Below the pieces are notes generated by a model. That model searched no databases and was not told where the DNA came from. It saw only the letters and a program-made list of their open reading frames with translations. Shown here in pieces: positions 1 through 6,675 of a stretch of DNA of 15,014 bases; the stretch's first letter is position 1, and each line of letters begins with the position of its first letter. The stretch is taken from the NCBI GenBank assembly GCA_048886685.1, contig JBHLKM010000011.1, forward strand, positions 1-15,014, given 5' to 3'. The position numbers and the translations under genes were made by a program. Source of the DNA: Candidatus Hodarchaeota archaeon (GTDB taxonomy: Archaea; Asgardarchaeota; Lokiarchaeia; Sigyniarchaeales; SOKP01).

Positions 1-411
1 AAAATTGATAAAATGTTAGATTTAATTATAGATGAGAACATTGTTAAATTCAGTTATCTTAATAAACTGCAACCAGATATCCCGAAGGAGGAAAAAGATT
101 TACAAACAGCAGAACTACTAGAAAATATTCTAAATGATATCTGTGATAAACTTTTTGACAGAGATATGAAACCAGCCTTAAAGAAATTTATAACCGAATA
201 CATCAACTTTTTATACTCAAAATTTCAAAAAGAATCTTATGCAGATAAATTAATTGATAAATTCAAAGGGTTAGCATTCCAGAATTTAATTAGTTTAAGT
301 TTGGATGATTATGAGAAAATAAAGAAAGAAAAAACCAAATTAACCTCGATTTTAAGAGATTATCCGAAATATGTTATTCTGGATGAAATAAAAAAAAAAT
401 TGAAAAAATAA
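1..411 (+). CDS. Hypothetical helical protein, probably the 3' end of a longer gene entering from the left edge
   Basis: The ORF track gives 13..411, but the frame is open from base 1 (AAA ATT GAT AAA ATG), so the true start may lie outside the window. Charged amphipathic sequence with no recognisable motif. Confidence 0.6.
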   Translation, partial: KIDKMLDLIIDENIVKFSYLNKLQPDIPKEEKDLQTAELLENILNDICDKLFDRDMKPALKKFITEYINFLYSKFQKESYADKLIDKFKGLAFQNLISLSLDDYEKIKKEKTKLTSILRDYPKYVILDEIKKKLKK

Positions 412-421
412 TTAAACTTTC

Positions 422-462
422 TATTCGAACTTTGCGAGAAGTTTCGAAGTTAAATCTAAAAA
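422..462 (+). promoter_or_regulatory. Conserved ~41-bp inverted-repeat element (copy 1) upstream of the Ubl gene
   Basis: tattcgaactttgcgagaagtttcgaagttaaatctaaaaa, with TTCGAA at 424-429 and 443-448. It matches the reverse complement of 9711-9751 at 36/41 positions and ends 47 nt before the Ubl ATG. Confidence 0.6.
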
Positions 463-509
463 TGATTTGTTGATATTATTTAATTATTTAAGAAAAAAAT
501 GAAAACAAA

Positions 510-764
510 ATGAGATTATCAGTAGAAGATACAAGAACTGGTAAGCGAATAAAGTTAGATGTGAAAGAACATCACATAATAGAACGTATTATAGAAATTG
601 TTGTTAAACATATGGGCTTTATTAGCTCAGAACAACGTTCTTATGCATTAGTCTATAAGGAGAAAGAGTTACCGAACGCGATAACTATTAAGGATGCAAT
701 CCATAAATTTGGTTTGAAAGAATATGATATTTTGATGCTTTGGACAAAAGTAATTGGAGGTTAA
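510..764 (+). CDS. Ubiquitin-like (beta-grasp) protein modifier with mature C-terminal Gly-Gly
   Basis: 84 aa ending VIGG-stop. TRTGKRIKLDV aligns with ubiquitin TLTGKTITLEV and LVYKEKEL with LIFAGKQL. Adjacent to E2, E1 and JAMM genes. Confidence 0.92.
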   Translation: MRLSVEDTRTGKRIKLDVKEHHIIERIIEIVVKHMGFISSEQRSYALVYKEKELPNAITIKDAIHKFGLKEYDILMLWTKVIGG

Positions 765-778
765 TAATAAAAGTTTCT

Positions 779-1354
779 TTACTCCTTAATAATAATTATT
801 TCATCCTCCTCATCAACTTTTTTCTCTTTTTCTTCTTCATCACTTTTAAAATTTCTTTTAAGTTCTTCCATTGAATTGTTTTTAAAGAACTCAGCAGCTT
901 CAATACAGATATTATATTGAAGTGGATCCTCAGGATTGGGGTTTTCTACTAATTTTTCTAATGATTTAACTGTAGTTTCTAAATCTGATAATCTTGACCA
1001 TTGTCTTAAAACATTTAAGCAAATATAACCAGTCCCTAGATTATTTGTATCTCTTAATTCAACGGGATGTATATTTGGGTGAAAAATATTTGAATACCAA
1101 GCAAAATCTATTCCCCCTGGATATGGAAAAGATCTGTTAATTTTAATGAAAATTCGGTGTTTTAATTGGGGTTTCACTTTGATTTTTTCCATTTTATTCA
1201 CTACAACAAATCCTAAGGCATTCAAATTGATCCATAATTCTACATTATTTTCTTGCCACCTTGCCGAATTTTCTTCAATGACTTTCATATGTTTTAGAAT
1301 TTTAATTTCATTATTTATTCGTTCTTTCCATATCTCAAATGGTAATTCCGGCAT
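779..1354 (-). CDS. Ubiquitin-conjugating enzyme E2 (UBC fold) with acidic C-terminal tail
   Basis: FPYP motif, FHPNI (H92-P93-N94), GYICLNVL with catalytic Cys112, downstream W, and NPNPEDPL. All are UBC signatures. Confidence 0.95.
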   Translation of the reverse strand: MPELPFEIWKERINNEIKILKHMKVIEENSARWQENNVELWINLNALGFVVVNKMEKIKVKPQLKHRIFIKINRSFPYPGGIDFAWYSNIFHPNIHPVELRDTNNLGTGYICLNVLRQWSRLSDLETTVKSLEKLVENPNPEDPLQYNICIEAAEFFKNNSMEELKRNFKSDEEEKEKKVDEEDEIIIIKE

Positions 1355-1383
1355 CTCTAATTCTTTAAAAATTATTATATATT

Positions 1384-2292
1384 TTAAATGATTTTATTCT
1401 TTGATTTTTTATATGAACAGGTCCAACAATTCGGATCTTTTAATTTATCAATAATAGTGAAATCATTGGTAAGTCCATTATATATTAGTTGTTTTCCAAT
1501 AATCGGTTCTCCTACACTAGGATTCCATTTTTTATGTTTTTTAAAGTAGTCAACACCGAGTAAAAATTTAAGAACTTGTTGTGATTGAATTCCCCCTATT
1601 ATCGAAGTAGTTGTTATGATCGTTGCTATTTTGCTTGTAGTTTCACCATCTTCGGATTTTATTTCTTCTCCAGTACATGAAAATTTTTTCCACATTAAAT
1701 CCAAATCTTGATTAGAAATCCCGCATTGTAAACAAGCTGAATCTCTTATCCCCGAATATACTGCCTGTACTGAACCAAAAAATCCATCTATTCCAGAATC
1801 AACAAAAGGAACTTCATAATAATATGCGTAATTATTTGCTTCTAATCGTGCTTCAAGATTATCTAAGCAAGAACATATTACATCACATTGGCTATAGAGA
1901 TTTTTATCTATCGCGTTTAAATCCTTTTTAATAGGAATTATGTTAACTTCAGGATTTAAGTCTTTACAAGCTTCCTTAATGACATCTGCTTTATATTCCT
2001 TATTGTCTGCAGCTTTAGGATTAAATAATACACCACGACTTAAATTTGAAGTTTCGATGAAATCATAATCAATTAATAATATTTTTCCTACGCCAGTTAG
2101 GGTTAAATTTTTTACAACTTCATTTCCAGTTGCTCCAGCACCAATAACCATGATCATAGCATTCGATATTTTAGCTTGATCCCATCCACTAATTCTTTTT
2201 TGACGATCAAATCTATCTGAATCTATATATTCTTCTCCAATAACATCAATATCATTATTTACTTTTTTACGCACCATATTTAATAAAATCAA
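1384..2292 (-). CDS. Ubiquitin-activating enzyme E1 (ThiF/MoeB-family adenylation domain with Zn site and candidate catalytic Cys)
   Basis: RFDRQ, GAGATG nucleotide-binding loop, DYD..SNLSR, CLDNLEAR, CxxC pairs (C187/C190 and C289/C292) and FSCT Cys206 in the crossover loop. TTG start; the ATG five codons later is an alternative. Confidence 0.95.
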   Translation of the reverse strand: MILLNMVRKKVNNDIDVIGEEYIDSDRFDRQKRISGWDQAKISNAMIMVIGAGATGNEVVKNLTLTGVGKILLIDYDFIETSNLSRGVLFNPKAADNKEYKADVIKEACKDLNPEVNIIPIKKDLNAIDKNLYSQCDVICSCLDNLEARLEANNYAYYYEVPFVDSGIDGFFGSVQAVYSGIRDSACLQCGISNQDLDLMWKKFSCTGEEIKSEDGETTSKIATIITTTSIIGGIQSQQVLKFLLGVDYFKKHKKWNPSVGEPIIGKQLIYNGLTNDFTIIDKLKDPNCWTCSYKKSKNKII

Positions 2293-2301
2293 ATTAATTA
2301 A

Positions 2302-2796
2302 TCAATTTGATGAGATAATTGCACTACTTACAGCTTTATATTTTTTGATAGAATCCTTGTTTAGTGTAAAAAATTTATGTACTTCTCGAATTGGATCTAC
2401 TACTAACGCAACTTGGTAAGATTCAGGAAAAAAAGATTCTTGGGTATGAATATCAGTTGCGGATAAAAAGCTACCTAAACCAATATGAGAATGCCACCAT
2501 CCTACCACTCGCAAATCTTTATCTTTTCTTCTGAGTTTTAATTTTTGAAATTCTTTTTCAAAATCTCCTGCGGTTCCCTCAATTTGGGACGTGATATATT
2601 TATCACTTCTTACTGCATTTTTTACATAAATTTGGTCTTTAATAATAATATATTTTTTGTTTTCCCATTTTAGTATCAAACCAATTAAATAACCAAAAAT
2701 TTCCCTATCTATATTTCTACATAATGTTTTAACTTGATTCAAAATATCTTCATGAATATATACGGGAAATACAAAATCCTTTTCGAGTGATGTCAA
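2302..2796 (-). CDS. JAMM/MPN+ metalloprotease (Rpn11/CSN5-like deubiquitylase)
   Basis: EIFGYLIG carries the catalytic Glu; VVGWWHSHIGLGSFLSATD is an intact HxHx7Sx2D motif; ALVVDP follows. Ends 9 nt from the E1 start on the same strand. Confidence 0.95.
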   Translation of the reverse strand: MTSLEKDFVFPVYIHEDILNQVKTLCRNIDREIFGYLIGLILKWENKKYIIIKDQIYVKNAVRSDKYITSQIEGTAGDFEKEFQKLKLRRKDKDLRVVGWWHSHIGLGSFLSATDIHTQESFFPESYQVALVVDPIREVHKFFTLNKDSIKKYKAVSSAIISSN

Positions 2797-2860
2797 TTTG
2801 ATAACTAAAATAATGATTGTTTTTATTGTTTTTTTTTCATTAAATTTAATTTACAATTTT

Positions 2861-2879
2861 GCCTACAAAAATGTTAGGC
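2861..2879. other. Short inverted repeat immediately after the GTPase stop codon
   Basis: GCCTA-caaaaatgt-TAGGC. No U-tract follows on the minus strand, so a terminator role is uncertain. Confidence 0.25.
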
Positions 2880-3881
2880 TTAATTTAATTTATTAAAGGT
2901 TTTCAATGCCCATTCTGCCTCTTTTTCATAACCCCCATCTTTATACAATTTAATTGCTTTTTCAATCAAATTCCTTATTTTTGGATAATATTTTTCCTTT
3001 CTATTAACCGCACCGGATTTATCAAAGTCTAAGCTAAGTTTTAAAGCTTCACAAAAAATTGAATTTCCTAAAACTAATAATTTTAATTTCTTATCAGAAA
3101 GATGTTCATTGGCTTGATTAAAGAAATTATTTGCTTCTAAAAATTTTTGTGTATTCTTGTATTCCTCAGCAAGTTCCATGCATTCCCATGCCTTACATAG
3201 ATAATATAATGCAGAAATTTCCTCTTGAGCTTGCTCAGAACAAAGTTTTTTGAATTTAGATGCTGCAATTGAAAACTTCTTTGCTGATGAGAAAAAATTT
3301 CCTTCTTTTTCAAATATTCTTGCTTCTTCTATTTCAGACAAGATATTTTTAATATCCTCTTTTTCAATGGAATGAAGTTTTTCCAGATTTGATATTTTGA
3401 GGATTTCCTTAATAATAGCAATTATACCATCCTTAGAATCTTCTTGAATCGCTGAAAATCCAAATGTTTTTTCCTTTAATATATTTTCAACTTTTTCTAC
3501 ACTAAAAGAAATTGATTTTCTATCTTGAAAGTTAGCAATAATATAAAAATCGATTTCAGGTAATTTGTCTCTTAATTCTAATAATAACTCTGCTGTATTT
3601 CCAATATTTCTCTCAGTTGAATCTGTAACAATACAGATAATATCAATAGATCGTAGTAATTCCCAATATGAAACAAAATTATTTGTTAAATCTCTTAAAT
3701 CTATTTCTCTTAAAATGCACGGTTCTACACCTTCTAAATAGGGTACATCAACTGGTTTCTGAAGAATCTCATTTAAATCATCATCTAATTCTAAAATAAT
3801 TTCACCTGGAAATAGATCTAATATTGTTGTTTTTCCCACACCGCTTTCTCCAGTAAGTAGTATATTAAGAGGATTTGCCAC
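2880..3881 (-). CDS. Ras-superfamily small GTPase-like domain (degenerate) fused to a C-terminal TPR/SNAP-like helical domain
   Basis: G1 GESGVGKTT; ICIVTDST strand; G4-like ANFQD; G5-like FSA; no DxxG. The C-terminal half has helical Ala/aromatic repeats (SAKKFSIAA, EANNFFNQA, AIKLYKDGG). GTG start. Confidence 0.8.
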   Translation of the reverse strand: MANPLNILLTGESGVGKTTILDLFPGEIILELDDDLNEILQKPVDVPYLEGVEPCILREIDLRDLTNNFVSYWELLRSIDIICIVTDSTERNIGNTAELLLELRDKLPEIDFYIIANFQDRKSISFSVEKVENILKEKTFGFSAIQEDSKDGIIAIIKEILKISNLEKLHSIEKEDIKNILSEIEEARIFEKEGNFFSSAKKFSIAASKFKKLCSEQAQEEISALYYLCKAWECMELAEEYKNTQKFLEANNFFNQANEHLSDKKLKLLVLGNSIFCEALKLSLDFDKSGAVNRKEKYYPKIRNLIEKAIKLYKDGGYEKEAEWALKTFNKLN

Positions 3882-3984
3882 TAATATTACCGAAATTTAC
3901 ATATATTTAATTAATTTAATTATAGTTAGCCATATTAATTAAAATGATTATAATTTTATTATTGAGAAATCTGAGTGAAACAAG

Positions 3985-4128
3985 CTGAATGAAAAAAAAA
4001 ATAATAATTTAAATGAACATGATTTAAAGCTCTTAAAAATGGAAGTAAAAGAAATTCCAGAACGTAAACCCCCAAATAATAAAATTATCCATTTTACTCT
4101 TGAAGATAATCATAAGGAAAATGAATAA
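3985..4128 (+). CDS. Possible 47-aa hydrophilic microprotein (CTG start), not in the ORF track
   Basis: Open frame CTG AAT GAA ... GAA TAA reads (M)NEKKNNNLNEHDLKLLKMEVKEIPERKPPNNKIIHFTLEDNHKENE. GAGTGA lies 6 nt upstream and the ORF fills an otherwise empty gap. Confidence 0.3.
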   Translation: MNEKKNNNLNEHDLKLLKMEVKEIPERKPPNNKIIHFTLEDNHKENE

Positions 4129-4159
4129 AAAATCTTTCATGAAATGATGAAAAAGAGCT

Positions 4160-4369
4160 TTACAATCTAATTGTAGAATATTCTTCTCTAATTTTTAGAT
4201 AAATTATTAGTCCTATGAAAAAGGGGATTAACCAAATCACCAAGATCCAAGTAAAGGCATTCATATCTCTTTTTTGAGCATCTTTATAAACCCATATTGT
4301 TATAAGGGACAAAATAGAAAAAGGAATTGTTAAAAAAATTATAAGAAGTAATATCAATAGATTAATCAT
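4160..4369 (-). CDS. Small membrane protein, PLDc N-terminal (PLDc_N-like) domain
   Basis: Hydrophobic helices around WVYKDAQKRDMN..W and GLIIYL, the typical pattern of this family. GGAG Shine-Dalgarno-like motif upstream. Confidence 0.75.
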   Translation of the reverse strand: MINLLILLLIIFLTIPFSILSLITIWVYKDAQKRDMNAFTWILVIWLIPFFIGLIIYLKIREEYSTIRL

Positions 4370-4398
4370 TAAGATCTCCTAATATATTTTTGTTTTAA

Positions 4399-5424
4399 TT
4401 AATTTTTCTTATTATTTAATTTATCAATTTTTACAGGCTTGGATTCGTCAAACGGGGTTTCACAAACCCAACACGTATTTTCTAAATTGGTTAATGCTTC
4501 TGAACACTTTACACAATAGAAAGCATTACATTTAGGACAAACATAATTTAATCTCGAAACCTTACTTTTACAAACTAAACATAATCCTTTTTCTCTGTAT
4601 AATTCAATTTCCTCAACTGTTATTGTTGAAGGTTTAGTAAAAATTTTTATAAAATCTTTAAGCTCTTCTTTAACAACCAGAGTTGAACTTTGTGGAGTTC
4701 GAATTTGCTTAGTTATATGAACTATTATATAGATAATTACAGCAACTAGAACAATAATCGAAATCCAAATTATTAATTGACTTATAATAAACAATGGTAA
4801 ATTTGTAAAAACTGTTAATCCTAAGAAAACTAAAATTCCTGCAATTGAGATTAAAACTAGCCAGTTAGCTACATGACTCGAAAAAAACTCCAGATCTATA
4901 ACTATTGGAAATATTGCAGTTAGAGCACCTATTACAATAAAAACTGATGGTATTGCTGGAGAGATAAGATTTAATTCTTTTATTGCCGTCGTTTCGAAAG
5001 CCCATCCTATCAAAACCATAGCAAATCCAATTGTCACTACTGAAGAAATTATTTGAAATTCTTTTTTTGATTTTATAGAAAACCAAATAAACATAATACT
5101 TAAAGATATTATACTTATAAGGATATAAACAAAAAAATATAAATAAAAATAAAGAAGAATATAGTTTTCAATTTCATAAGTTTGGATTATTATGCTTAAA
5201 TCTCCTGTATAAGTTCCTTCTAAGAAATAATCGGAAAAATAAAAGAATGTACGAGTTATAGCTATACTCAACCAAAAGCTTGCAAATCCATACATTAAAA
5301 CTTTTTCATGGATAATCTCTTTCTTACGACCATGGTCCAAATAAAATAAACTACTAACCATTAGTAAAATTATTGCTATACTAGAAAAAAAACGCTCAAT
5401 AGGATCAAAAACAATAAGAAGAAT
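4399..5424 (-). CDS. Multi-pass (6-7 TM) membrane protein with C-terminal C4C4 RING/PHD-like zinc finger
   Basis: The track ORF is 4399..5361; the frame extends 21 codons upstream to an ATT at 5424, behind GGTGAT. The C-terminus has CLVC-x10-CPKC-x4-CVKC-x10-CWVC (4462-4581). The start position is uncertain. Confidence 0.85.
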   Translation of the reverse strand: MLLIVFDPIERFFSSIAIILLMVSSLFYLDHGRKKEIIHEKVLMYGFASFWLSIAITRTFFYFSDYFLEGTYTGDLSIIIQTYEIENYILLYFYLYFFVYILISIISLSIMFIWFSIKSKKEFQIISSVVTIGFAMVLIGWAFETTAIKELNLISPAIPSVFIVIGALTAIFPIVIDLEFFSSHVANWLVLISIAGILVFLGLTVFTNLPLFIISQLIIWISIIVLVAVIIYIIVHITKQIRTPQSSTLVVKEELKDFIKIFTKPSTITVEEIELYREKGLCLVCKSKVSRLNYVCPKCNAFYCVKCSEALTNLENTCWVCETPFDESKPVKIDKLNNKKN

Positions 5425-5591
5425 TGTTTGAAATCACCGAGAAATGAGAATAATTAACTCTATAATAATTAGCTTATAAGAGATATCAATATAAAAAATT
5501 TTCTTCTTATATCTGAAGAATTATTTTAAATATCATTGTCATATATATAATTATTTAAAGAATAGTTTATTCCGGTACCATAGGTTTAACG

Positions 5592-6593
5592 ATGGCACAT
5601 AAATCTATAAAAACAATAATTATAATGGTTATTGTTTGTTTCAGTTTAATTTTTACTATCCCAATTGTTATCCTATCAACTACTCTTTCTCCCTATGGTA
5701 AAATTATTAAATCTATTCGATTCGATTATAAACCTTCGAGCCCTTCATTTATGGAAGAATTGAACATTAATGCGGATTTAGGGAATATTGAAATAAAATA
5801 TATCACTGAACCAGTAGATTATTGTGTAAGAATAAAAATAAATATTGAGATGATTGGTTCAAACTTAGCTGGAAAATCATATTTTGATTATTTTAATATT
5901 GTTTGGCAAAATACTAGCGGTATTGTAAATTTTACTATGAAGCTAAAAACAAATATAGACCACGTTGAAGTATTATCCGTAATAAAGAATGTTAACATAA
6001 CGGTAGCTCTTAAAGCAGATGTAATTTGTGATATAAATGCACTTATATATTTCCAAGGAAATGTTGGTATAACAGTTCCATGGAGGTTTACTATTGGTAA
6101 CATCTTAATAAATATTTCAAAAGGCGATATTAACTATTACTTTTCAAATTGTATTATAGAAGGAGAAATAACGGGAATTGTCCAAGAAACAGGGAGTATA
6201 AAATTAGAAACGAATAACGTTGAATACAAGAACAATAGTTTATGGACTCTTACTGCTGAAATTGGAAACATTGTTATAGAAATCAATCAAGATAAAACTA
6301 TGGGTGCGAATATAACTGGTACAGTCGTGACAAACATAGGAAATTATAGATTGGTTTATTTAGATAATAATGTGGATGTTGGTGCTCAATTTATATTATG
6401 TGCAAATCAAGATGATGTACCATTCCATCAAAAACTTACTGAAATCGTCGGATTTGAAGAGCCTGTGTTAAATGTTGTTGATGGAATTGATGTTTATACA
6501 TTAAACTCTAATGATTATCCGACATTAAATAATTATAATTTATCTTTTAGTTTACCAAATGGTTATTATGATATCGATCTTCAAAATAGTTGA
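5592..6593 (+). CDS. Membrane-anchored extracellular beta-strand-rich protein (DUF4097/adhesin-like)
   Basis: Single N-terminal hydrophobic helix followed by repeated units such as INADLGNIEI, INISKGDIN, LTAEIGNIVI and VVTNIGNYRL. Many N-x-S/T sequons. Confidence 0.7.
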   Translation: MAHKSIKTIIIMVIVCFSLIFTIPIVILSTTLSPYGKIIKSIRFDYKPSSPSFMEELNINADLGNIEIKYITEPVDYCVRIKINIEMIGSNLAGKSYFDYFNIVWQNTSGIVNFTMKLKTNIDHVEVLSVIKNVNITVALKADVICDINALIYFQGNVGITVPWRFTIGNILINISKGDINYYFSNCIIEGEITGIVQETGSIKLETNNVEYKNNSLWTLTAEIGNIVIEINQDKTMGANITGTVVTNIGNYRLVYLDNNVDVGAQFILCANQDDVPFHQKLTEIVGFEEPVLNVVDGIDVYTLNSNDYPTLNNYNLSFSLPNGYYDIDLQNS

Positions 6594-6675
6594 AAAGATT
6601 TAGTGTCCTTTGATTAGATGGAATTACTTTGTTGGTACAACTTCGCTAGAATATAATTAACAAGGTAAAATTTAT

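Noticed and set aside
499-513. Four-codon upstream ORF MKTK overlapping the Ubl start (ATGA)
   Set aside because: Such short ORFs arise easily by chance in A-rich leaders, and nothing else supports it.
1146-1391. 81-aa plus-strand ORF
   Set aside because: Antisense shadow of the E2 gene with no motif.
510-2292. Interpretation as a ThiS/MoaD/SAMP sulfur-carrier system
   Set aside because: A bona fide HPN-type E2 is adjacent, the Ubl aligns with ubiquitin itself, and no thiamine, molybdopterin or tRNA-thiolation genes are present.
4865-5086. 73-aa minus-strand ORF
   Set aside because: Alternative frame inside the membrane RING-like gene; its cysteines do not form a convincing motif.
5888-6103. 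71-aa minus-strand ORF
   Set aside because: Antisense shadow of the 333-aa gene.
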